The notes beneath the pieces were generated by a model, which saw nothing but the letters and a program-made list of their open reading frames with translations, was not told the DNA's origin and searched no databases. 64,000 nt of DNA from Octopus sinensis (taxonomy: Eukaryota): the NCBI RefSeq assembly GCF_006345805.1, contig NW_021835988.1:1-64000 (forward strand), read 5' to 3'. Position 1 is the first letter of the stretch. Every line of letters starts with the position of its first letter. The translations under genes and the position numbers were made by a program. Below are positions 1 to 13,539 of the stretch, piece by piece.

Positions 1-239
1 ATATCAATTATTTAAATACAATCGTAAAAACATTTCATTGTAAAAAAAATATTGACAATAAAAACTAAAGACTTATCATTTTAATTAAAAAAATTTTATT
101 GTAAAAAAAAAAGACTTATCAATAAAAAGTTCTGAAAAGTCGAAAAGATTAGAATTAATCAATGGTTATAGTTGAACTAAATCGAGACACCTCGAAAAAA
201 TTAGGGAGTATTTGGAATCAGGCCACCTTGAATGATTCG

Positions 240-960
240 ATGAGTTCGGAAGAAAGGGCACGAATACGAAGATATGCAATAACTACTATTTTGAGTACTA
301 TTTCTATTCCTGCGTGATAAATTAATTCCCGGTCTTTGGATGAAAGTCGTGTTGCACTAAATTTGGTCGACTTTAATTTCAACTTTTCTTACCTATTTTT
401 TAATTAAGTTAATTTTATAAGAAATTCAAAAATAAGAATCCTTTAAGACTCCCTGCAAGTCTAGTGTAAATGACGATATCACATCCTTGCACTGTAATGT
501 CAGGGATTTCAGCTATATTTAATTATTTTGATAATATTGACTGCTTCCATTACATAAAATTAAATACAGAAACATAAGTATATCTATTATCGCAGTGTGG
601 TGTTCAGTCTTTTTTGTTTTGAAAAGAGTCTTTCTCATGTTAAAAAATACTTTTCAATAAAAATAAATCGTAAAAATAATAATGGTACTTTAATCCTATT
701 TAGAATATTTATATGACAGTTTGAATACATTCTTCATTTTAAACTCAAATTTGTTAATAAATTGTGAGAATAAAAACAAACATTTCTTTTTAATCACATA
801 AAACTTTTTTTCAAATAATTGCCCCACATATTTCCATGTTGGTGATTTTTCAGTTAAGAGACGTAAAATTGACGTGAAATAAAATATCCGAATATCACCA
901 GCATTAATTGTTAGATGACACATATCAAACATTTGTCCCCAAACTGAAACCACAAAATTA
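240..960 (-). mobile_element. Degenerate hAT-type (ZMYM1/PRKRIR-like) transposase remnant
   Basis: Broken minus-strand frames give IPDITVQGCDIV (like the LDI..RGQGYD motif) and ATRLSSK (like TRWSS); many stops. Confidence 0.3.
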
Positions 961-1399
961 ACTCGAAAGGTAAAATATTGTAGGATTTATTAGGCCTTTT
1001 GAATCTCCCAAAATTTGAAAATTATTTAAATGCATGTATTAATGGCATCAATTGGATTGTGGAAGCATTACTAACCGAATACACACATCGAGAAAATAGA
1101 CGATCAAATAAATTAAAACTATTCTATTTAATTAATCAGTTTTACCTTGGCCGTATTCGACTGGAGTTTTTGACACTCACATAATCCTCCGTAGCATTTT
1201 TGTACAGGATGGAATGAAGACATTTTAAAGAAATTTGGTCCAGAAGGTACTTGTTCTGGGCACCGACCAACAGTTTTTTGTTGAGTAGAACTGATCCTTC
1301 AACTAAATATTTATGCTTCAAGTATTCTTCAATAGTGGCCAGATGAGTTTTTCCAGCACTTAGGCCTGAAGAATCGAGAAGCTTCTTTTGCAGATACAA

Positions 1400-1850
1400 C
1401 TTCGGTTTTTTAAGTCCGTAAGGAATCCAAATGAGCTCGAACCAGTCGGGCTCGACAGAGGCGACGGTAAGCGCCCGGATGGCATGTCAATCTTTCCGTT
1501 TGAAAAGGGGAAATGCCTTATCTGGGACGCCACCTGTTCCGACACTTTCTCCGCCAAGAATCTAATTGTCTCCGCCGCGGAACCGGGCTCAGTTGCAAAG
1601 CAGGCGGAACTAACAAAACAGAAGAAGTACCGGGTCCTGGCAAAGAATCACCAATTCACTGCAGTCGCGGTGGAAACCTCTGGAGTCATCGGCCCGCAGA
1701 CGCTATTGTTTCTCCGCCGCCTTGGATCTAAGCTCGTGGTTGCCACGAAAGATCCAACGAGTCGATCAGACTCTTTCAAAGGATCTCATTGGCCATCATG
1801 CGCGGGAATTGCCAGTCGATCCGCTGCGCATTTTAACTCTTTTCGTTTAT
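1400..1850 (+). mobile_element. CRE-clade non-LTR retrotransposon, 3' fragment (RLE endonuclease)
   Basis: ELEPVGLDRGDGKRPDGMSIFPFEKGKCLIWDATC...AVETSG...LFQRISLAIMRGN, homologous to the C-terminus of the 9156 ORF; A-rich run follows. Confidence 0.85.
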
Positions 1851-2325
1851 TAACAAGTTATTTTGTAAAAAAAAAAAATTTAGGCTTTCTGTAAAATTTT
1901 CAATCACAGAGGTTTCAATAAATTGATTTTCTCCACACAAAGCGAAGAAGCAATGCGATGTCGATTTTTAAATTTCTTAAGAAATCCATTTAATGCTTGA
2001 AATCCTTAAATATTACAAACTTTCGCCATTTTTAGAGACATGAACTTTAAAAGATATTCATTGGTTGTAAATCCAAATGATCGTTTTTAACGAATCATTC
2101 AACTGTCGAATGGTTTAGTGAAAATTAAGTATTCCTTCAGAATTTTGTTTATGCAACCCAGTGAAACATTGAAATAAAAGGATAAATCACGCTGTGTCTA
2201 TTTTTATGATAAAATTCGACATTCTCGTACTGGCCAAAACAAGTACCTGTGATCTTGATTAGCTCTGTTGAACTATACTGTCAATTAACGGCCGTCTACA
2301 AGTTCTTAATTCTGGGGGCAATTTT

Positions 2326-2480
2326 TTGCCGAATGGACTCGAAAGCAGGAAATTAATAATTGGAAGAATCAATGCTTACATGGCAGCAACTGAAATTGCT
2401 GCGTTAAACGGTCTCTTCGAATTTAAAGCCAGTAAAGGATGGCTTGAAAAGTTCAAAAAAAGGCACAATGTAAAACTAGA
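2326..2480 (+). mobile_element. pogo/Tigger transposase remnant (CENP-B HTH)
   Basis: FEFKASKGWLEKFKKRHNVK motif. Confidence 0.7.
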
Positions 2481-3213
2481 CTTTTATTTAAGTTGCGATT
2501 ACTTTTTAATATTTGTGGCTCGGAATATAGTCGCTACTCAACATTTTAGCATACATCCTGACTGCGTGACTTACAAATCTCTTCGACCTTTTTTTGATTA
2601 AAAAAAAATAATGAAAATTACATTCCAATCAACTGTTTAAAAACAAATATCAACATAACTTCAACATGAAAAAAATTAATAAATATAATAAACTGCACTT
2701 TTTTAAAAGTGAAGGATTAAACAAAGTTACATTCATTTCAATTCCCATTACTGGACCGACAAAACAATTTCCCTCTTCTCTTCTATAAATCGGATATATC
2801 ACATTAATTGTAGATTCATTATCTGGATAAAGTGACAAACATGCTTCACCCACTGTTCAAAACATATAAAAGGCAAAATCGAATACAAACTGATAGAAAT
2901 CGACACCTTTTTAAAAAAACAAAATAATTTGTGCAATCAAAAGTCAATATATCAACAAACAGACCATTCGGATATCTATCAAAGCCAGTATAAGCTGGAA
3001 ATGTGAAAATTTTGTCAGTATAAGCAACAAAACAAGAAGCCTCCTGAGAAGTCAGTCCATTTGTACGGCAGGAAGTAAAATAATTTGTTTCAATATCAAA
3101 TACACAGATTATATACGAAGTGGGTATTTCCGGGGAGTAAATATGACATGTTAAACAATTCGTTTCTGAATAAAAATGGCGGAATATTTCGTGGCGACTT
3201 TCAAAAAAAGCAA

Positions 3214-3745
3214 TTAGAATTTATTCCAACATTTATCTCGTATTTTAGACAAATCGACAGTTGCATGCAAAAACTGCTTTATTTCTGGAGAAAAACGAAA
3301 TTCTCTTAACACCTTGATGCACGTGAGCACAATAAAAGGATCCTCTCCGTCCACATCAAAATCCTTAATTTTGCCTTTAGACGTCGGCGGTGGTAGAACT
3401 CTGCCACATACTTCAACATTTATCCACTTTTCCGGAATTTTTAAAGAAAAGGAATCGAAAATATTGGGATATATGTTCTGATAGCGTCCTCCGAAATGAT
3501 AAATAATGTCGCTTGTGACACAAATCTGATGTTCGTGAACCATCACTGTCTTGAAGTGAACTAGAGAGATACACTCGTGACAGAGTAATTGAGGGGTCCT
3601 TAAAATCTTCGAAAATCTATTTCTCGGGACATTTAATATTTTATCAATATATTTTTTCCATCGACAACACGGAATTTTACCAGATTTGAAAAACTGACGT
3701 GGTTGAGCACTGCAACTTGATGAGACCATACAAGATATTTGCACA
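3214..3745 (-). CDS. Unknown protein fragment, possibly NYN/PIN-like nuclease; interrupted at its 5' part by a LINE
   Basis: Long open frame with RVLPPPTSKGKIKDFDVDGEDPFIVL and a nearby-frame VVDGKNI, loosely like the Regnase/PRORP D-motifs; sequence resumes at 5006 after the LINE TSD. Confidence 0.3.
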
Positions 3746-4995
3746 TTGTTGTTGTTGTTGCATAACCCCGGTCTCACATTAGGGTATGAGACCGGCGGCT
3801 AGCAGAAACAACAGCGCCTTCGCGGGTTGCTCCCAAAGGACCTCGGGGAGTGGACAGCAAATTTCCTGCGGACAGGAGGAGAACAGGGCAGCGGAAAAGG
3901 TGGTCAGTTGAGTGATCTTCGGCACAGCAGAGGTTGCATACCGGGGAGATCACGGCGTTCAATGAGTGAGCGTAGGAGTTTAGTGAGTGGTGGTGGCCCG
4001 AGCGGAAACGAGCAAGGTTGATCTGAGCGGAACGCTCCAGAAGCATTTCGGAGGGGTGAACTTCTGGAGGAAGTTTGTTGAGGACAGAGTTAGGCTTCAG
4101 CCTTAGAATGGACGACGTTGAAATGAAGTCGTGGATTTTTTTCATTGGCTGTGAACATTGGTTTAGGCCATTGATTTTGGCAAGTACCCGGGAGTATTGT
4201 TTGGCAGGCGTGTTCTTCAATGCACGGCCGTTGTCATTTAGCGTGTTTAGGGCAGTGCAAGGGTGGTAGAATTTTCGCGAAGCGAATAGGAATTCTGCTC
4301 CTCTCATGTTTAGATGTTCCTCTATCGGGAGGAGGTTGGTTTCACAGTGCAGATGGTCGATGGGTGTTGATTTCAGGCACCCGGATATGATGCGCATGGC
4401 TTTGTTTTGAATTGATTGGAGAGCCAAAGAGGAGCTCATAGATAGACAGGGAGCCCAACTCGGACTCGCGTAGCTTAGGACAGGGCGAATGTATTGTTTA
4501 TACACACGTTTGAGAAGTGGTTCTGCTGCGCACCAGTGATGTGACCACTTATTGCTTTCAGGATATTTGTACGCCTGTTAGCCTTGTCAGAGATCTTCGA
4601 GACATGTTTGTTGAAGGACATCGTTGGGTCGAAGGTTAGTCCGAGAACAGTGGGGTGTTTTGATAGTGGGAGAACAGAGCCAAAGAGAGATAGGTTGGGA
4701 TGTATGTTTGATTGTCTTCTGTCGGAAGATAATAGGGTGACCGAGGACTTGGAGGACGAGGCCTCGAGCCTGTTTTCTCTGAGCCAATTCTCAACGGAGT
4801 GGAGTTGTTGCTGAAGGTTGAAGGAGGCAGCTTTGTAGTCTTCGTGTTTTGAGGCAATAATAATGTCGTCAGCGTAAGATAGTGTCAAGTTGTTAGGGTC
4901 GTTTGCCGGGAAGTCATGCAAGTAAAGATTGAACAGGGATGGAGACAGCACGGAGCCCTGCGGTACCCCGTTTGGAAGATGTATGTTTGATTGTC
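3746..4995 (-). mobile_element. 5'-truncated I-group (Ingi/Vingi-like) LINE with RT and C-terminal CCHC
   Basis: GVPQGSVLSPSLFNLY and YADD; CNLCCAEDHSTDHLFRCP; (CAA)n tail; 3' hairpin ccggtctcaca/tatgagaccgg; 10-bp TSD tatttgcaca at 3736-3745 and 4996-5005. Confidence 0.9.
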
Positions 4996-7721
4996 TATTT
5001 GCACATGAGCACAAAATGAACCCAAAATTCAAATAAATAACAACTGTTTAATCACAAATGTATTTATCAAAATAAATAAAATAACATATAAGAAAAGCTA
5101 TTCAAATACACCCATTATGATAGTAAAAAAAAAAAGTTTAGTTGACTATAGTTAAGCAATTCGAACTAAATAATTTACATTAAAAATAAGACATTTTATT
5201 ATTACAGAGCCAAGATTTGAGATGACTGTCCCCTTAGGCAGCAACTAACGATCCTTGGACACCATAATCTTGAAAATAATACGTACAGTTCTTTCAGCAA
5301 CCCACAAGCCTTGTTCACTTTTACAAAAAATTACATAATACAATTTTTCGGTGTCTTTCGGACAGAATGCACCAAACACGACATATATATAGACGTTGCG
5401 CCAATCGAAATAGGAAATCTCCAGTTACAATATTTTTAAGTTTTGTCTTGTTGGCAATACTAAAACATGTCCTTTCAATAGATATCGAGAAATAAGCAAA
5501 ATAAACACTTTTGTTCTAGGTTATAATTATGAAATTATGTTCTTAGAAAATATTAGAAATCATTTTGAAAGTTCAGAGTTGTGTTCAAGTTCAGATTCAA
5601 TTAAAAATTTAAATATTTTAACTTATAATTTCTATTTAGGCAATTCTAATTGTCCATGTCTAAAAATCAAATTTCATTTAAATCTGATTGGTGGAAACTC
5701 AGCCTACTATAAAGCCTATTAATAGGAAAATGAATGTCCACAATATTAAATACGAATTTACTGTCTGTGATCAAGTTTAGATAAAAATTATAGATAGGTT
5801 CGAGTTAAAAAAGAATATGGAACGAACTCTTCGTTACGGCTGGATAAATTCTAAGAGGTCCTTGAAACCTTCCCGCCAAAAAAAATTTAAAAAAATTCCG
5901 GATTTTGGTTAAAATGAACTACAAGTATGTCGTCAACTCACATGATAAGGTCCTTAAAACCTTTCTGTCAAAAAAATAATTATATAGAATTTTGGTTAAA
6001 ATAAACAACGTGATTTTCCTCGACACGCATTATCAGGTCCATTATTGTATCTGTTATTATTAACCACACTGACAGATATATATGACTGCGAGGTCTTAAA
6101 CCCGTCGTTTTCACTTTAATGGTTTTGCATGTTTTCGAATAAGATTTTCACCAAAGTTGATTTCAAAGCATCAAGCCCTTTTAAAGTTCTCTGACATCAT
6201 TGAGTGACTATTACTTCAATAAAGAACTTATTCACGGCGATCACGGGGTTTCAAGCCTCTTCATTGCTCAAAAATCGTCAAAAGTATTCAGATCTTGTAA
6301 TTAGTGGCTATTGATGAATGATAGATCTCATCAACAGTTTGTGAAGAAACACACAAGAATTAATTTTTTTCAATTCAAATAATATTTAAAACTGAAGAAA
6401 AAAATGTCACACAGCTCCACCGGATAGAATCGTTTGAGTGTTTCCGCGGATGACCACCAGCAAAAAACGCTGAAACAATCATTGGGTCTCACAACGGTCT
6501 TTTATGGGCACAAAATTCAACTAAAAAATTATATATTTCTGGCTACGCTTCACTTCATGCTTTAATGCAGCTCTGACTTATCCAAACTAGAATAGATAGT
6601 TCGGGTTTGTTACAAAAGTATTTTTAACAATATATCCTGGAAGCAAGCAATTCTCCTGCTCTTTTTTAGGGAAATCTGTTTACGATTACCTCAGGATGTT
6701 GTTTTACCTACGTATTTGTCCTCCCGACTATGTGTAATCCTCTTGTTGAGGTCATTCTCCCCCTTTGGTCCAAACATAAGACGCCTTTGCCTGCAAATGG
6801 GTCTCAAAATTTGGCAAGAAAGATGGTAGAAGTTCAGGTTCTCACCTTTGTTAGAAGCACTGGGATAACATTTTATGTAAGTCCCTTTACGGATTTCTGG
6901 AATCTTTTTTAAACCAGAACCAATTTGCTTGTTTAAGAAGTGCGGCCCAGGCACAATTAGAAGCCTGGCTGATTGCTTTTCCACTTCCGTCGGTTAAGTG
7001 TAAGCTTGATAACGATGAACATTTTGTCGACATTGCTCACACAATATTGTTGAATGCCGGATGTCCGATGGAACGATGGTAAAAACGCACATGAAACAAA
7101 TCAAAAAATAAAGATTATAAATAATCACAATCTCTTTAGTAGATAGATTTAAAACTGTTTTATGTATGATAAAAGTCATTGTAGCTGCAGATAATCATTG
7201 TAGCTGCAAAATTTACACAAACGAGTTTGATGTTGGCCGATCCAGACATTTCCTGACATTACTCACCAAAAAGAATTAAACTGCATCTTTTCAAAATTTA
7301 CACAAACAGAATAAATGAAAAAAATAGATTTTACAAAATTAGACATAAACTTTAATTTTTAATCAAAAATACTCACTTTTGGACTAAAGCAAGAAAATTC
7401 AAAAATATAAATATAGTGAAGATATTTTACAAGTACAAAAAATACATAAACGACAAGATTAAAAAAATAAAGTATTGATGAAAAGAACAAATAAGACAAA
7501 TTATTATATTCATTATACATGATTTTACAAACTATTTTCTAATCAACTCAAATATATATTTTCTATTCATATCTGATAATGATTACTACACAACAACAAT
7601 CAACAAATCGTTGTGACCTCGGACATATCAGGACTTCTTCCTTTCTCATACAAATCGGGACATTTGTAAATAAAAAATTCCATTTTAGATCATTTCAGTT
7701 TCAGTAATAATCACATCCAGC

Positions 7722-8070
7722 TTGAATGACAGATTTGTTGTACATGGGAGAGAATATATTCAGTTCTGTGAAGCAACGTCGCTGATTTTCAGTATCCTGC
7801 ACTTTCTATTTTATTTTCTCAAAATAAAAACAAAATTTGGACCTTCTCGTGAAAGATTTATCGAAATGATAATATATTTTGAATTTACAATTCTATATTT
7901 TATAAGCATAGTCATTTTAGGAGCTGATAGTGGGCCTTGGTACTATAATATTGACAGAGGGATAATCTTTGTTACAGCAGTATTAATGTTTCTATAATTT
8001 TTTAGTTATTCTGTTGTTTTGGTACACTACTCAATGGTTATTGTGCTTATATATCGTATGTAGACGTATA
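7722..8070 (+). pseudogene. Possible TRP-channel-like transmembrane fragment
   Basis: Hydrophobic helices ending LVHYSMVIVLIYRM, resembling the TRPV S4-S5 linker; in-frame stops. Confidence 0.25.
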
Positions 8071-8399
8071 TGTATAAAATAATGGACTTTTTAACGTTTT
8101 TAGTCTTTTTTATTTTGATTTAATTAAAATATTCAAACATAGATATTAATAGATAATTTTGTTACTATAATCAATGTGGTGTAACCACCGATTAGAATAA
8201 AAATTGGTTATTTTTATTAAAAATGATAAAATATTTAAACAGTTTAATATCAGATTATTTAAACAGTTTTAAAAAATTATTCGACTAAGCTAAGGGCAGT
8301 CTTAGCTGATTCTGGTGATCTTATGGGAAAGTAAAAACGGCCACAAACCTGTTCCATCGTTCTCATAAAAGTTGGGATTCCATTTGATGTAAAGAAATC

Positions 8400-8910
8400 G
8401 TGAAATCCTTGAAATCAAGCGCCAATCAAATCGAACTCGCCTCACTAAACGCAGCCGCCCAACCACACGTAGGGGACTGGATAAATTCCGTCCCACTATC
8501 CTCAGCCGGTTTACTTTTGGATGATGAGTCAGTTCGGCTCGATAAAATCTCTTTAAACCAATGGTTGATAATTAACGTGTTAATAGATTAATCGGCCTGA
8601 CGAATCGCCAAACTGTTCCCCTGAGAACGGCAATCGAAAACCGCTGGGAAAGCCATCCACTTCGCATGGAGATTTTTTCCCCAAGCTTGCGTAGGAAGTT
8701 TTCCGTCTTTAGACCAAGAGAACCCGACGTCTCCAACGCTGTCGGTATCACAAAAAACTTATCCGTAAGGCTGAAACATTTGGTTAGGTTTAAATCTTCA
8801 GCCTTTTTAGCAGCAGATTTAGCCTCAAGAGCAGAGGAAGTTAGTTGTGAAGCAGAAAATGTATCTCAAAAGGTTGCGTCCCATACGATACCATTTCCGA
8901 TTCTAAAAGG
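8400..8910. mobile_element. Two CRE fragments in opposite orientations
   Basis: Plus 8400-8540: LASLNAAAQPHVGDWINSVPLSSAGLLLDDESVRL. Minus 8570-8910: IVWDAT...ALETSG...WLSQRFSIAVLRGN. Confidence 0.8.
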
Positions 8911-9011
8911 AAATAAGTTCATCCGTCAGAACGTTTCTCGCCATGGTTTGAAATCCGAAAAAAATCAGGCGCAATTGATGACTTGATATGATCGCATCTA
9001 TTTAAATAATA

Positions 9012-12000
9012 CGTGGTTACTTGTTGTTGCTGTTTCTATTTTTATTATTTTTGTTATCATTTCATTATTCTATCATCTATTAATCTATCCTGTCGTTACC
9101 ATTCTATTAATCGTTCCTTTTCCTTTTTCTTTCGCTTTATTGCATCATTCTTTACATGGCAACTTGTTCCTCTTGTAAATCATCCAATTCCCGCAAGAAG
9201 GGCCGCTTGTGCTCCTCTTGCGATCTGTACTTCCATCTATCCTGCGTCGGGCTCTCCAGGGCCAGCTCGGCCGTTATCCAATGCTGGAAGTGCCCGAGTT
9301 GCCTTGGTCTACCCAAACGCATATCCCCAATTCCCGGGAGCCATTTTACCCCTTCTCAATTCCTCAAATCCTTATCTGCTTTCCGAAGCGAATCATTCAT
9401 CCCAGTAAGGATTCCAAAATCGGCCAGACCCACTGTGGCCAAGTCCCTCGCAGCCTTGATCGACCTGGCGCTGGCTTCCAGCGCCCCTGACCCTTGGTTC
9501 AAGCTGTTCTCTTTCTTTCCCGTTTGCCTCAATTCTTCTCCCATGCGCTCATGTGCTGCTAATCACGTTTCTTCTGCCCAGCGGATTAAAGACCGTTGTA
9601 CATCTTACGTCCACTCAGAGTTCAACTCTGATTGGCTGTCTGTCTCTCTTACGCCCCCTTGTAAGGAGGAACCCTCAAAACGGCCCGGTCTCGCAGAATT
9701 GCGCTTTTCCCGGGCAGTCCGAAGCAAACTCCTCCAGGGCGATATCTCTGGAGCAGTGCGCGTAATTTCATCCAACTCCTCCGTGGCTCCTCGGTGTGAT
9801 GCTGTCCTGAATCAACTCCGCAGCAAACACCCCCAAGCTCCCACCGACCTCCGTGCAACACCGACGTTAGTTTCGGCTCCGTCCAACCCGATAACCTCGT
9901 CTGAGGTTTCGGCCGCTCTCGGGTCTTTTGCGCCCAGTAGCAGCGGCGGGATAGACGGTGTTAAGCCCATCCACCTACGCGATCTCCTGAGCCCATTGAC
10001 CCACGCATCCGGAAAAGACCTGCTATCTTCTGTCACTCGTCTTTGTTCGCACATTGTCTCGGGCGAGATTCCAACCGTCGCCAGAGATCTTCTTTTCTCT
10101 GCTGGCCTCATTGCCCTGTCGAAAGCCGATGGTGGCGTGAGGCCCATTGTGGTCGGTAACGTTTTCAGGAGACTCTCGGCCAAGATAATGTCCCGCAGGG
10201 TGGTTCCCCCCCTGAGTCTGGAGTTTCTCCCTTTCCAGTACGGTGTCGGCGTCCAAGGTGCTTGCGAAATTCTCGCGCACGGCACTCGCCAACTTGTCCA
10301 GTCAAAGCCAGAAGACTGCAAGTTCATCGTGAAGCTGGACGTCAGCAACGCATTCAACTGCGTCCGCCGGGACCATCTGCTCGAAGTGGTCTCGGCACGT
10401 TGCCCCGTTCTCTTCCCAATTGTAAAGCTGGCATACTCTGCCCCAAGCTGCCTTCTGATCCATGATCAGATCATCATGTCAGAATGCGGCATTCAGCAGG
10501 GTGACCCACTGGGCCCATTGCTGTTTGCCCTCTCTGTTGACCACATTGCACGGAACCTTTCTTCCACTGTTAACTTCTGGTACCTGGACGACGTGACGAT
10601 TGGTGGACCTACAGAGGTCGTTATGGAAGACGTTAAGAGAATCACTTCCGGTTTCTCCAAGATCGGACTATCTCTTAACGGCGAAAAATGCGAACTCGTA
10701 AACATTTCTCTTGCCCCCGCCGCTCTCCGCAACACATTCTCCTCTCTCAGCAGCCTGATCGTTGGGTTAATGCTAACGCCCACCGGCGATCTAGTTATCT
10801 TGGGCTCTCCAATTTCCGCTGATGGCATAGAAAATGCCTTATCGTCTAAATGGGACGAAATTAAACTACTCACTGATCGGATCCGTGGGCTTGGCTCGCA
10901 TCTTGCGTTTTTCTTGTTGAAGAACTTTCTTTTCGTCCCCAGACTGACCTATATTCTCCGTTCTTCCCCGTGTTTCGCTGCCACAGACTCATTATCCAGA
11001 ATCGATAATCTTGTCCACCAATCGCTAACAATCCACCTCAATTTGAGGTTCACTGGTGACGGTTTTACCCGTGCCAGTTTACCAACTCGCTTCGGGGGGA
11101 TCGGGATCCGCTCTTGTGCGGACCTGGCCCTACCCTGCTATCTCTCATCCATGTCGGCTTCCAGGAATTCCGTTTGCTCAGTTCTACTTCCCTCTCTCGA
11201 ACTTAATGAGCTCTCGGAATTCTCATCTGCATGCCGTACGTGGTGCTCACTCGACCTTGATTTTCCCACGATCCCTTCAGTTCAAAGGGGCTGGGACGAA
11301 ATTCTCTGCTCGAACACATTACGAAAACTTCGCTCTAAGTCGGACCAACTCCAGCTGGCCACCCTTAACTGCGCCTGTCAGCCGCACACGGGTGACTGGC
11401 TCAAAGCTCTCCCCACTCCTAGTACGGGGTTACTACTGGACGACGAATCCTTGCGGATTGGGATCAGCTTACGATTGGGTTTGGACATCTGCCAGCCCCA
11501 CCCTTGCCGGTGCGGGTCCTCAATTTCGTCAAACGGCTTGCACGCCTTGTCGTGTAAGAAGAGTGCCGGGAGAATTCCCCGTCACACTCATCTGAATGAC
11601 GTTGTGAGGAGGGCTCTAGAGTCGGCTGGTTTCCCTTCCACCCTAGAGCCAGTCGGCCTTTCCCGGAGCGACGGCAAGCGTCCCGACGGGATGACGACCT
11701 TTCCTTTTAGGGAAGGCAAGTCCCTGGTTTGGGATGCCACGTGTGTCGACTCTTTTTCGACGACAATGCTTCCCAGGACTGTCGCAAACCCGGGTTCCGC
11801 CAGTGCGCTGGCTGAAGAGACAAAGATGACGAAATACCGGTGTATTTCGGACGCTTTTGAGTTTGCCCCCCTCGCCTTCGAAACCTCTGGAATCGTCGGA
11901 AAGGCTGCGACTCAACTCCTCACCGCCATTGGTAGAAAAATCTCCACAAAAACAAACGACCGGAGGGAGACGAGCTGACTGTTCCAGCGAATCTCGGTCG

Positions 12001-12113
12001 CTGTGCTCCGCGGAAACTGCCACTCAATACGCAGCGCGGCATCGTTGAGCTGACCCTCAGGCTTCGACAATCCCCTTAGCCACCCAATTGCTTACTTTTT
12101 TCTTTCTTATTAA

Positions 12114-12151
<38 letters not shown>
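9012..12151 (+). mobile_element. Full-length CRE-clade RLE retrotransposon
   Basis: Single long ORF, long poly(A) at about 12115-12149, 11-bp TSD tttaaataata at 9001-9011 and 12152-12162, pyrimidine-rich 5' UTR. Confidence 0.93.
9156..12053 (+). CDS. PHD finger - reverse transcriptase - CCHC - restriction-like endonuclease polyprotein, with a premature TGA at 11976-11978
   Basis: N-terminal CSSC..CSSC-x4-H-x2-C..WKCPSC (PHD); GIQQGDPLGPLLF and YLDD; CRCG..HALSC; RHTHLND; RPDG..WDATC..KMTKY. The frame continues past the TGA as LFQRISVAVLRGN to a stop at 12053. Confidence 0.92.
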
Positions 12152-12389
12152 TTTAAATAATAGCAATTAAAAAAAAGTAAAATAGCCTGCAGAACAGACA
12201 CAAAAAATAGTATATTTTAAGGTAATTGGACCAATTTTGGATATTTTGCTTAGTTCATAAAACAATTTAAGAAATTTAATAACTGGATGAATTAATTATC
12301 GCTTTAAAAATATCCTTTTATGTCTACTTAACATTTAATATTTTAAAAATTTAAATAAAAACATTGAAAGAATTTAACAAATAAATAAT

Positions 12390-13300
12390 TATAATTTAAA
12401 ACCGAAAGATAAGTCTGAGTTTAAAAGTACGCCTTTTCATTATTCTTTATAATCATTTTCAGTTGAATGTACTTCTATTTTTGACAATTTTTTAGACCGT
12501 TTTCATATGTGAATTCCCTTTGAGAAAATTTGATATTTTTTTGCCAAAGTTATGTCGGAATGTAATATATAGTAGAGATGAAAATCAGATTCGCATAGCA
12601 AAGTTGTTGCATATGGTATCAGAACTTGCAGTGCTTTCTTTGAAGTTTCGGGAACACTTCTTGCTAACCGCACCAAAAAACCTCCAAAGAATTTTAGTCG
12701 TACAACATTTTCAGTGATGTAGATGTTTGCAATTCAATCAAATCGTCTTTAACTTCGTTTCTATCATGCATCTTTTCCATTTTGAAAACAAATGGATTAA
12801 CGATCCAGGTATCAGAATCACTAGCAACTTTATCCAACGTTGGAAAAATGGCAAAATTATTGTCATGGATACGGCGAGTCCATAACAAAAGTTTATTCCT
12901 GAAGGGATTTATAATGTCAGAAGCATTAATAATGCTTATGCCTTTCCTTTGAATTAAAAAATTCAACTTGTTAAGGTGATTAAAAATGTCAGCCAAATAT
13001 GCCACAAAAATAACAAAATCAGGAGATTTGAAACAGTCAAATAGTTCAGAGTTTTTTCAAATAGAAATTGGTTGATTTCAAGTCTGAGAATATAAAATCT
13101 TGTTAAGGCACGACCTCTTTAAAGCCATCTAACATCAGTATGATACAAAAGAACAGTGGCGTCAGCATCATAATCAATACATAATGTTTTGAACAATCTA
13201 TGATTCAAAGCTCTTCCTTGAATAGTATTTGTGACTTGAGTATCAAATTTTTAAAGATTACTGGAAAATAAATTTTGGGAAGATTTTTTTAGGCAGACTA
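12390..13300 (-). mobile_element. hAT (Buster/Charlie-type) transposase remnant
   Basis: AYLADIFNHLNKLN..IQRKG...FRNKLLLWTRRI..NNFAIFPTL, followed by the dimerisation region. Confidence 0.8.
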
Positions 13301-13539
13301 GACTTGTAAAAAATCGAGCATTTTACAATAATCAATGAAAAGTATTGTAGATTTACGATTAATGAAAATGTTGTATTTTAAATCATAAAATCATCTGACA
13401 TGAGTGATTTTAAACTCCCATTTGTTAAATACTTTCTTGAATTATTATGAGTTTTTACTCTTATTTAAGATCTACACCAATTTTTGTTGGCATACTATAA
13501 ACTAAATAAACTATTTCACTAATCACGTTGTTCTGATGC

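Noticed and set aside
990-1399. PIF1/Helitron-like P-loop fragment (AGKTHL..LHSIL)
   Set aside because: Only a weak motif resemblance; downstream DEISM motif not found.
5856-6050. Two to three degenerate ~90-bp tandem units starting aggtcc
   Set aside because: Too diverged; probably transposon subterminal repeats, not a CRISPR or functional array.
6691-7179. CxxC..CxxC segment suggesting a piggyBac cysteine-rich domain or ribosomal protein eL34
   Set aside because: Spacing is suggestive but flanking motifs of neither family are present.
11976-11978. TGA read as Trp (alternative genetic code)
   Set aside because: Other CRE copies and host genes use TGG for Trp, and TGA ends several ORFs; a single G>A change is simpler.
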